Source of the DNA: a virus
Lineage: Duplodnaviria; Caudoviricetes
Direction: 5' to 3' (one strand)
IMG/VR virus record: IMGVR_UViG_3300005805_000279
Coordinates: 1 to 32,384 of that record
DNA length: 32,384 nt
Shown: positions 7,909 through 16,567 of the stretch, piece after piece
Numbering within the stretch: position 1 is the stretch's first letter
Layout of the letters: the number at the start of each line of letters is the position of its first letter
Notes under the pieces: generated by a model
What the model saw: only the letters and a program-made list of their open reading frames with translations
Databases searched by the model: none
What the model was told of the DNA's origin: nothing
Position numbers and translations under genes: made by a program

Positions 7909-10900
7909 CTACGGAGCAGAACTTGATTTAAATTTAGGTGGTTTGGCTGGCGCTGATGGTCTTCCACCCGCCGCTCCCCCTGCTCCGCTTGGAATTACTC
8001 GCGGTGGGATTGGGATAGGCTGTGGCATCGCTGGTGCCGCAGGCACTGGCGTTGGGGTAAATGCTGGTGCCGTTGGGAGTGTTCCCGCTGGTGATGGTGT
8101 GTAATCTGTCTTAGCCAAGTATTGTTCACGATTATTTCTAATTGCTTGTTCTAAGAAAGTTTTAAACTTTATGACCGCTGCTTGTTTTGTAGACGCCAGT
8201 TCATAAGTTGTAAGATCTGGTATCATTAGTGATAGCGTGTCCACATCGCTTTTTTGAACTACACCTAACTCAAACAGTTGTGCGAGTTGGTAGAGTAATT
8301 GTAATTGAACTGTTTGGGCACCCTTGTATTCTGATGGCGAAGCAGTTGAACTCCAACCAGCAAAACCAGTTGGTCCAGTTGAAGCCTTGATTTGTCCCTC
8401 TAAATCGGTTAGTAGAGGCACGATTGTTTTATTTACAAGTTGTGCGCCTTCAAGTGCTGTTTTACCTTTTGGACTATTTGCTGCTTGGAAATAACCAGTT
8501 GGTCTGCCTTGATCGTCAAAGACAGGCACCATGTATTCATCACGAACTTTCTTTGGAACATCATTTAGTTGTAGTGCTGTTAATGGTTGACCTGCCATAA
8601 ATCTTTGTGTTGTTTCATTTGTTTGCTTACCAATTTGTTCGCGGATTGCTTGATCGCGTAAACGATTTTCTCTTTGATAGGCAAGAAAGATTTTATCCGC
8701 AGCATAGGGATCACTCTTTGCTAAACGGGCTTCTTTACTGGAATTAAATTCTAATTTAGCAAGTTCTACTATTTGGTCTACACTCATGCCCTCTAACTTA
8801 TTTTGTAGTAGGACTTCTTTAAAGTTTAGATCTGCGTCCTTCTTAGCAAAATCAAGTTCTGTTTTTAGAGCATCTTGACGCAACTTATTTACAGTAATTC
8901 TACCTTGTTGTTGAGTAAGTGGATCTTGTAATGGGCGTAATGCTTGCTCTAATTTTGTAGCATAAATTTCTTTTAGTGTTGCTTTAGCAAGATTATAGGC
9001 TTGATCTACTTCATTGCCTTCTTGGATGTATTGACCTAATAAGTTTTGTTTTTTTGATAGTTCGTTTCTTTGGCGTTGTAAATCTTTTTCTACAATGTTA
9101 TTAATCATTGCTTCGCCACGACCACCAAGACCAGCGATAACAGCAAGAATTTGGTATTCTAATTTTTCACCTTCACTTAGTGATGAGAAAAATCTTCTTG
9201 GATCTTCTTTAAAGTTTGCTATGTCGTTGCGTAGTGCTTCACGCTTTTGTCCTAACACTCTGCTACGCATAACAGCATTTTGTGCTTTGCGTTCTAAGAT
9301 TTGTGCTTCTTGATCGGCAATTCTTGTGCGTGCTTCGGTAGCAGCAAGTTCTAACTTTGTTTTAAACTCTTGTTCTTTTACTGCTTCATCAGCAAGAACG
9401 CGTAATTGTTCTTGACGCTTTTCATCATCACTGCGTAAATCTAATGTGCGCGTTTGATAAACTTTAAGAGCATAGTTTTTTGCTAATGCTTTTGCTTCTT
9501 CATCACTCGCACCGTTCTTTTTCATAACACGGAAAAAACCAACATACTCTGGTGATTGTAGTAAGTCACCTTCTGGAATTTGTGGTTCGCCAACCTGTGG
9601 TTTTACTGGAAGAACGGCATCTGCTTTTGCTTGGGCTGCATCCGCTGAGATTGGTTGTGGCATGCCCGCAGCAGGAACTTTGGCAGTCACTTCGCCAACA
9701 GCACCCCTTTCAGCAGGGGCAACAGCCTTGCCCTTCACTTGTGGTGCGGGAGTTGGTGCGCCACTTGGGACAACCGCTTGAACACGCTCCATAGAGGGTG
9801 TGACACGATAGTTGATTGGTTCACCGCTACGATCTAATTGACGAACAATAATTTCTGCTTCTTCTGGCGTTGCGCCTTGCGTTAGGGCATCCTTAAAAGC
9901 ATCGCTTGTAATGCGTCTATAAGAGCGTTCATCAGCAAGGGCACGACCAACAAAGCGAGCGGCAACATCGGCGGCAACACCAGCATCAATCATGTCTAAG
10001 CGGGCTGCTTCTACTGTTTTTTTCTTTTCATCAAAAGCACGCATCTCACGAAAGTTTGTTTCTACTGCCGCCACATCACCTTCTTCACTTTGAACTGGTT
10101 CTTCACCCGCTGCCGATAATGCAGGAGCAACTGGTTGGGCATCAATAATCTCAGGATTACGATTGCTTAATCTACCAAAAATTCTTGGAGCGGCTGGTGT
10201 TGGTTCTTTTACAGCCGCTATTGCTTCGGCTGCTTGTGGAGTTGGAGTTGGGGCAACCGCTGGTTCTTCGGGCGGTAGTGGAGGAGGTGGAAGTGATGCC
10301 TCATCTTTTAATGCTTTTAGTTTCTTTTTTTGATCCTCTGATAGTGTGGTGCCTTGTGCTTCCAGATTTTCATAATAGGTTATTTTTTCAGTTGTTGTAA
10401 AATCTTCTGGCGGATCTTCAATAACTCCACCGCTTCCATCTTGGAAAAATTGTGGTTCGGCTTCTACTTCGCCCCCTTCACTCCAAGTGGCGCGACTATA
10501 AGCACGGAAATGAGGATTATCTTTTAATGATTTAGCATGACGAGCATAGTAGGCTTTTTTAGCCTCTGGATTGTTTGGACGATTTTTTAGGTTAGGATCA
10601 CCAAAGTATTTTACGCTACCATCTGGACCAATAACTTTATGTGTTTTGCCCTTGCGTTCACTTGTGCGAATAACTTTATAACCACCACCATCAGCCATAA
10701 ATGTTGTGCTTGGAATAACACCATCATTTAAATCTGAGAATTGTGATGTTTCTTTTTCTTGATCTGCGTAATCTACATAGCCACCCATTTCATAGTTTTT
10801 AGCACGCTTGCGGATGCTTTCCATTTTATCTGGAGAAAGCGATCCCTTAGCAACACGAAATGGTTGTTCTTCACCATCATAGATAATGTCAAAAAAATCT

Positions 10901-10929
10901 TTATGCTCTACGGCAGAAAATCCCTTCAT
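7909..10929 (-). CDS. Large internal virion/ejection protein (1006 aa) with N-terminal xxxGG-delimited modules
   Basis: Long coiled coils with Pro/Ala-rich linkers; YEMGG, MADGG, WSEGG and FQDGSGG within the first 170 aa. Confidence 0.7.
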   Translation of the reverse strand: MKGFSAVEHKDFFDIIYDGEEQPFRVAKGSLSPDKMESIRKRAKNYEMGGYVDYADQEKETSQFSDLNDGVIPSTTFMADGGGYKVIRTSERKGKTHKVIGPDGSVKYFGDPNLKNRPNNPEAKKAYYARHAKSLKDNPHFRAYSRATWSEGGEVEAEPQFFQDGSGGVIEDPPEDFTTTEKITYYENLEAQGTTLSEDQKKKLKALKDEASLPPPPLPPEEPAVAPTPTPQAAEAIAAVKEPTPAAPRIFGRLSNRNPEIIDAQPVAPALSAAGEEPVQSEEGDVAAVETNFREMRAFDEKKKTVEAARLDMIDAGVAADVAARFVGRALADERSYRRITSDAFKDALTQGATPEEAEIIVRQLDRSGEPINYRVTPSMERVQAVVPSGAPTPAPQVKGKAVAPAERGAVGEVTAKVPAAGMPQPISADAAQAKADAVLPVKPQVGEPQIPEGDLLQSPEYVGFFRVMKKNGASDEEAKALAKNYALKVYQTRTLDLRSDDEKRQEQLRVLADEAVKEQEFKTKLELAATEARTRIADQEAQILERKAQNAVMRSRVLGQKREALRNDIANFKEDPRRFFSSLSEGEKLEYQILAVIAGLGGRGEAMINNIVEKDLQRQRNELSKKQNLLGQYIQEGNEVDQAYNLAKATLKEIYATKLEQALRPLQDPLTQQQGRITVNKLRQDALKTELDFAKKDADLNFKEVLLQNKLEGMSVDQIVELAKLEFNSSKEARLAKSDPYAADKIFLAYQRENRLRDQAIREQIGKQTNETTQRFMAGQPLTALQLNDVPKKVRDEYMVPVFDDQGRPTGYFQAANSPKGKTALEGAQLVNKTIVPLLTDLEGQIKASTGPTGFAGWSSTASPSEYKGAQTVQLQLLYQLAQLFELGVVQKSDVDTLSLMIPDLTTYELASTKQAAVIKFKTFLEQAIRNNREQYLAKTDYTPSPAGTLPTAPAFTPTPVPAAPAMPQPIPIPPRVIPSGAGGAAGGRPSAPAKPPKFKSSSAP

Positions 10930-10940
10930 TTAGAATTCTC

Positions 10941-12233
10941 CTATTTCTTCTTTGATTTTAATTTTGCTTCTAACTCGGCTATGCGTTTTTCTAATTCTAA
11001 CACATAAGCCATAGGACTTTCCCCTGAGAGGGCAACTTTCTTTGCTTCTTTTGGAGATTTATTTTTTTCTAATGCGGCAATAAATGCGGCACTGCGACCA
11101 GCAGGATCACTGCTTTTCATAATGCTGCGTGGAATAACCGCTTCGCCTTCACTTAACATAGCAGGGATAACATCATTTTTTCTATTATCAAGGCGTGCTA
11201 ATTTCATTTCGCCGCCATCTGCTTTGCCTTCTTTTTCTCTCGCCATAGCAGTTGCGTAGGCAACGCTTTCTGCTTCTTTACCATAACGCTTGCGGAAGTC
11301 ACCTTTTTTTAGCAGTTCTTTCGCCATCTTGTGAGCAGCAGTAATCTTGCTCTTAGGCATTTTACCGCCATCCGCCATTGCTAAATCTTGTGGCATGCGT
11401 CCACCATCAAAACCCGCGCCAGCCCCTTTTGCCGCACCCGCACCGCTTGCAGCGCCCGCTGCCGTCTCTGCGATTTTAAAAATGTTGCCTTCTGTGTAAG
11501 GTTGATTAGCACTTACTTGTATTCTTTGACGATCTAATTCTGCTGCTTGATTTAGGCGTGCTCTTTCTAAATCACGGGCAGTTGCCTCAAACGCGCCCTT
11601 GCGTTCTTCTACCTCTTGACCACGAACACCAGCCAATAGGGAGGCAAGTGCTGTTTGAGCATCCTGTTGTTCTTTTGCACGAAGTAGAGCGCCTTCACGG
11701 GCAGCGGATTGTTGCATCCGCGCACCTGCTTGTGTTATCAATCTGCGTTGTAAATCTGGTGATAAACCACGGGTGCCTGATAAACCACCAGCAATGCGGC
11801 GTTGATTATCCTCAAGTGTTTTTTGTAATTGTAGTTCTGCGAGGCTTTGTCCTTCACCACGCACTCTTGCGCCTAAAATGTCGGCTAAACCCATTTGGCG
11901 ACCACGGATGTCACCAATGCCACTCATAGCCGCTTTTAGGGCTGCTTCCGCATCATAACCACGAATAGCACCTACATCACCACGAATAAATGGCGCAGTA
12001 GCCTGCATCCGCTCTATTCCAAATAGATAATCGGCAAGATTATCACCACTTGGATCAACTGGAGGTCCACCAGTTAAACCAGCCGATGCTCTATCAGCCG
12101 CCATTTGATTATAAAATGCTCGCATTTGTTCATTATAATCAGCATTTTCCTGCATTTCTCTTTGTTCTTGTTCTGAAACGCCAAATGGAAACGCTAAACC
12201 TAATTTGCTTGATAAACTATCACCATTAGCCAT
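10941..12233 (-). CDS. Internal virion/DNA-transfer protein (430 aa)
   Basis: Gln/Ala/Arg-rich helices, Gly/Ala stretch, FDGG/MADGG/KADGG motifs and DVIPAMLSEGEAVIP; directly follows the nozzle. Confidence 0.7.
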   Translation of the reverse strand: MANGDSLSSKLGLAFPFGVSEQEQREMQENADYNEQMRAFYNQMAADRASAGLTGGPPVDPSGDNLADYLFGIERMQATAPFIRGDVGAIRGYDAEAALKAAMSGIGDIRGRQMGLADILGARVRGEGQSLAELQLQKTLEDNQRRIAGGLSGTRGLSPDLQRRLITQAGARMQQSAAREGALLRAKEQQDAQTALASLLAGVRGQEVEERKGAFEATARDLERARLNQAAELDRQRIQVSANQPYTEGNIFKIAETAAGAASGAGAAKGAGAGFDGGRMPQDLAMADGGKMPKSKITAAHKMAKELLKKGDFRKRYGKEAESVAYATAMAREKEGKADGGEMKLARLDNRKNDVIPAMLSEGEAVIPRSIMKSSDPAGRSAAFIAALEKNKSPKEAKKVALSGESPMAYVLELEKRIAELEAKLKSKKK

Positions 12234-12292
12234 GTGTTTTACCTCTACCCTTTAAATAGTGCTGAAAGAGCGATAATGAAAGAAAAACTTTA

Positions 12293-15200
12293 TTAGCCAG
12301 CCAACTTTGTGTCTGGTAAACGATTGCCTTTCTTTTGGATGCCGTATTCTAAGCGTAAATTGCTTATTTCTAAACCAGCACCAAATGATCCGCTAACATC
12401 TGGTAAATCTCTAAATGTTATTCTGGAACTCATACATTTTTGTCTTGCTGGATTGATTTGGTATTGATAGATGTCGTAGTTGCCACCATAAACGCTACCG
12501 CTTGGATAACCGTAAACATCTTCTCCATAAAGTGGTGGAGTTGTTGGGTTTACTGTTATTTCTTGTTCGTAAGCATCGTTATAATCATAGGCTATTTTTA
12601 CTGATAAGCGATGTGGAGATAACCACTTGCCTAATAGATAACATTTCCACCATCGTTGGAAACCTTGGATACCAGCAAAGTTTAACCAAGTTGTTGTTAT
12701 TTTTAGATGGATGTTTGAATTATCATCTTTAAACACACCATCAGTTTGCTTCATTGCTAAACCGTTGCTACGAATAAGTGTGTGTTTATCTTGCCAAATA
12801 ACGCTGTCTTGTGCGCTTAGATTTGTAAAGATGCTCCAAGCACCAACGAAATAATCATAAACAAGGCATTTATCATTTTCTAATGTAAAACGAACTTGAT
12901 TGCGATCTTCTAATAACACAGCACTGGTTATTTCGTATTGGTTCCAATCTTCTACAGGCGCACCAATGTAAGACACTTGTAAGCCACGACCAAGCATGTA
13001 AATGCCTTTCTTGGACTTAAAGAATAAACCTTCTGGCGTCACAACAATTGATCGCGTGTTTACACAACCAGCATCGGTTGTAATAAGGATGCTGTCCCCA
13101 AAGTCACCATTTTCACCGTTATTATCTGGACCTTGACCGCTAATGTAGCGGATGCTTGTTTCTTTAAAGATTATTAGTTTATCATCAAGTGAAGCAAGTC
13201 CAGTGACGGGACCACCCGTTGGATCAATGTTTATGCGTTGTGCTTTATTAAACTCAACTGGAACGCCTACAGAAACTTCTTTGCTTGGATAAATAACAAG
13301 TGGATTGACGCTATCCAGAACAAATAGCCTATTACGATGAACGGTCATAGCACCAACGGCAGGGGCTTGATCGGCTTCTAATTCACCACCGTCTGTGTAA
13401 AGCGGCACGCCATCTATTAAAGCACTATCCGTTGTGTTATCTGTAATAAGCATTTGGACTGTTGCTTGTGGACCAGTTGCTTTATTGATGTTAGCGTTTG
13501 TTATTGGTAGCCTGTAAAATAATTCACCGTTTAGTTCTGTGCGATAAACAGCAACAATAACAGGACTACGACCGTCTTCATTTGTTTTTTGTGTTAGCAC
13601 TAATGGTAAAATGTTTAGTTGTGTTGTGCTACCGCTAACACCAATTGGTTGTGCTACTAATCTTGTTTTTACTTCGCTTGGTGGTGAACGGGTTAGATTG
13701 CCTTGTTGGTCTATCCACTCATAAACAGCAGCATACTGGTAGGAGCCTGTGCCGCTACCACTTGTTGCTGTGATTTGGATTATTTCTGGTTTGTAATTAA
13801 AACCATTTTCTACAAATGAAACGCCATCATACTGATAAAGTATACCGCTACCAAGCATAAGGTTATCGCTTATTTGAGCGTTAGAATAACTTTTAATAGG
13901 CTCAAAGAAATCAAACCTTATTGAACTAACACCCGTAATGTCTTTGCCGTTTATTTGACCGAAGTTATTTTTTTCTATTAATGATAAATCCCACTCACTT
14001 TCGCTTATGCGATTTGTTTTTGGTGTCCAGAAATAATAAGGAGTTGTAGCAAACTGAAAATAAGCACCACCTGCTTTTTCATCCGCCCATTTACCAAATG
14101 TTTGTGCATCTTCATCTGTTAGATAAAATGAAACAATAGATGTGTCTGCACTATAACCTGAAACAACAGGTAAATAACTGCGACCACCATAAGCAAAAGC
14201 ACTACCTGCTATTGATGTAAAAGTTTTATCATAAGCGAATTCATTGTTTGGATTGTATTGATTAATGTTAAATGCTTGATTATGATTTGATAAACCAAAT
14301 GGTCCTATGCCACCAACAGAAGCGTTTGTTAGATTAACTCTGCGTGTGTAAGGAGCAAACGAATAAGTTGTAAAATAAATGTCTAAATCAAGTTGCGTAG
14401 AACTTTTGCTAACACCAGTAAGTAAAACTGGAAGTTCTGGAAAAAAACCAGTTTGTTCTTCGTTATAAATCTGGCTCCACCAAACGATAACTTGGTCATC
14501 ATTAGCATCAAGGATTAGTGGATCAAAGATGCGAACATAGATTGGTCCATCTTCACCGCTAACAAAAACAGGGGCATCGTAATAATCATCTTTAAAGATT
14601 GTTAGATAACGCGCACCTTCTGTTAGAGTTGTTTGTGCTGTTGCGTTGCCTTGTGGAGATGAATACATCCTTATTGTTGCTTTTGTTGGTGTCTCACGAT
14701 TATTAAAAATCATGTAAAGTTTTTCACCACCAGTGGCAGTCGTCATAGTGTAGACATAAAAAGCAGGCACGCTTAGATCTAAACCGTTTTCATCAGCACT
14801 ATCTGCTGTGATTGGGCTAAATGTTATTGTGCTTTTTAATGAACCTAATGGTAGGACACCACGAAAGATTTGTGTGGCATCGCTATCGTAATAAAAAATA
14901 CAAAATGTGTTTTTAAAAGCAACAACTTTTGGAGCAAGAGCAAATTCATTTGCTACAAGCGTTGGGGCAACAACTGTTTGCCCTGTGGTTGTATCCAGAA
15001 CCGTGTAATAAAGCGCATCATCTCCATTTGCGTCTTGTCTTACGAAAACATAACACTCAACGCCATTTGGATGGATTGCGCTATCATTAGCATAATCTCT
15101 ATTTGTAGAGTTGGTGACATTTTTTCCTGTTAGATAGGCTGAGACAAAGTTGCCTTTATCGTTCCATTTATCGGTGCCATCAACAAAAGAATAAGCGGTT

Positions 15201-15445
15201 GTTTCATCAAACGCAATAAGTTCTTCTTGGTAGTTAGCAATTGCTTGACCGTTGGTGATAAGTCCGCCACCAATCTTTGTTCTTGGTAAACCAACATAAC
15301 CATTGCGTTTATTTATTCTTCCTGCTTTTAGGAACTCAACATTTTCAGCGTTTAGCAGTTTACCAATTGGCGTTTGTCTACTATCGGTCTTAGTATCCAC
15401 GCCTTTTAGCAGAGGAATTTCTAAGTATTGTGGTTGTAAAGCCAT
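12293..15445 (-). CDS. Tail nozzle / packaged-DNA stabilisation protein (tubular protein B, P22 gp10-like)
   Basis: N-terminal KGVD...NAENVEF...GRINKRNG; beta-propeller-like blades (HRNRLFV, KLIIFKE, LVYDYFVGAWSIF); 1050 aa; position after the fibres. Confidence 0.8.
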   Translation of the reverse strand: MALQPQYLEIPLLKGVDTKTDSRQTPIGKLLNAENVEFLKAGRINKRNGYVGLPRTKIGGGLITNGQAIANYQEELIAFDETTAYSFVDGTDKWNDKGNFVSAYLTGKNVTNSTNRDYANDSAIHPNGVECYVFVRQDANGDDALYYTVLDTTTGQTVVAPTLVANEFALAPKVVAFKNTFCIFYYDSDATQIFRGVLPLGSLKSTITFSPITADSADENGLDLSVPAFYVYTMTTATGGEKLYMIFNNRETPTKATIRMYSSPQGNATAQTTLTEGARYLTIFKDDYYDAPVFVSGEDGPIYVRIFDPLILDANDDQVIVWWSQIYNEEQTGFFPELPVLLTGVSKSSTQLDLDIYFTTYSFAPYTRRVNLTNASVGGIGPFGLSNHNQAFNINQYNPNNEFAYDKTFTSIAGSAFAYGGRSYLPVVSGYSADTSIVSFYLTDEDAQTFGKWADEKAGGAYFQFATTPYYFWTPKTNRISESEWDLSLIEKNNFGQINGKDITGVSSIRFDFFEPIKSYSNAQISDNLMLGSGILYQYDGVSFVENGFNYKPEIIQITATSGSGTGSYQYAAVYEWIDQQGNLTRSPPSEVKTRLVAQPIGVSGSTTQLNILPLVLTQKTNEDGRSPVIVAVYRTELNGELFYRLPITNANINKATGPQATVQMLITDNTTDSALIDGVPLYTDGGELEADQAPAVGAMTVHRNRLFVLDSVNPLVIYPSKEVSVGVPVEFNKAQRINIDPTGGPVTGLASLDDKLIIFKETSIRYISGQGPDNNGENGDFGDSILITTDAGCVNTRSIVVTPEGLFFKSKKGIYMLGRGLQVSYIGAPVEDWNQYEITSAVLLEDRNQVRFTLENDKCLVYDYFVGAWSIFTNLSAQDSVIWQDKHTLIRSNGLAMKQTDGVFKDDNSNIHLKITTTWLNFAGIQGFQRWWKCYLLGKWLSPHRLSVKIAYDYNDAYEQEITVNPTTPPLYGEDVYGYPSGSVYGGNYDIYQYQINPARQKCMSSRITFRDLPDVSGSFGAGLEISNLRLEYGIQKKGNRLPDTKLAG

Positions 15446-15460
15446 AAAATGCCTCTCCTA

Positions 15461-16531
15461 TTAGAGTTCGTAAGCAACAAGCCAAACATTTGATAACGCA
15501 ACGCTGGTTGCGGACACTTGATCGTATTGTAATTTTATAGTGTGACTACCTGCGCTAACACCAAGTAAAAGTTGATGAAGAGGATAATAAAAACTATTTG
15601 TGCCGCTACCAGCAAAAGTGTATGCTGTGTAAGGCACACCATCAACTACAACTCGGATTTGCATAAAGGTTGATGGTGATGCGGGACCAACTTTTGTAAA
15701 AACCATAGCAGAAGATGGAAACGCAGGACCAGCATTTGGATTGCTTTGTATAGAAAGAAAAACAGGGCGACCAGCAATGCTTGTAAATGAAAAAGATGAG
15801 TTTGGCACATCAAGCCAACCACCAGTTAAACCGCTTATTGTTGGAATTTGATGAGTTGATTGACCTACCGCAGCCATGTTATTGCGTGTAATGCCGTTTG
15901 TTGTTAGGATTGAAGTCCCAATTGTTCCATTTAATGCAAGCGTCATAAACGCTGGCGTTGATGGAGTTTGGGATGGTAGCGTTAAATCGTATGATGCTGG
16001 TAAACCTTGAGGTGCTTTTATTGTAATGCCCGTTGCTGGTGCGGTGTCTGCGCTGCTACGGATTTTATGATCACCAGTATCCATAATCGCATAATCTGTT
16101 GAACTTTTCTTAAATGTGTAGGTGTCGTTAGCATAACCAACTTGGGCTGTGCCGTTAGGCAAACCGTTAATGCCACCAAATGAGGTTGCGGCTAAACTGC
16201 CACCCGCTGTAATAGGCACTTGGTCGCCATCACCGCTATTATAATAAAGATCGCCATTGACCTCATAAAGACAACCAACATCATCCTGAGAACCAATAGC
16301 AGATGCTTGGTCTTGTAAACGCACGCTGCGAACACTTGTAAGATTATTTTCTTGTAGGTCTACATCACTATTAAGATTTAACGCAGCAGGAGTAATCTGC
16401 ACACCTTTATTTGTAGTGTGATCGTGTTCTGCTATGTTATCTGTTAGGATGTCGTTAATTTGTTCTGCCCACGCTGGTCCTTCTGTGACCTCTGGTGTTG
16501 GCGGGGTGATGTTCATGGGATTATTAGGCAT
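15461..16531 (-). CDS. Tail fibre/spike-like protein (356 aa)
   Basis: N-terminal EHDH anchor-like segment; C-terminal beta-sandwich ending GSHTIKLQY...WLVAYEL; preceded by CTAATTA. Confidence 0.6.
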   Translation of the reverse strand: MPNNPMNITPPTPEVTEGPAWAEQINDILTDNIAEHDHTTNKGVQITPAALNLNSDVDLQENNLTSVRSVRLQDQASAIGSQDDVGCLYEVNGDLYYNSGDGDQVPITAGGSLAATSFGGINGLPNGTAQVGYANDTYTFKKSSTDYAIMDTGDHKIRSSADTAPATGITIKAPQGLPASYDLTLPSQTPSTPAFMTLALNGTIGTSILTTNGITRNNMAAVGQSTHQIPTISGLTGGWLDVPNSSFSFTSIAGRPVFLSIQSNPNAGPAFPSSAMVFTKVGPASPSTFMQIRVVVDGVPYTAYTFAGSGTNSFYYPLHQLLLGVSAGSHTIKLQYDQVSATSVALSNVWLVAYEL

Positions 16532-16567
16532 TTTTTTTCCTCTATTTAATTAGATTTGCTGCGGGCA

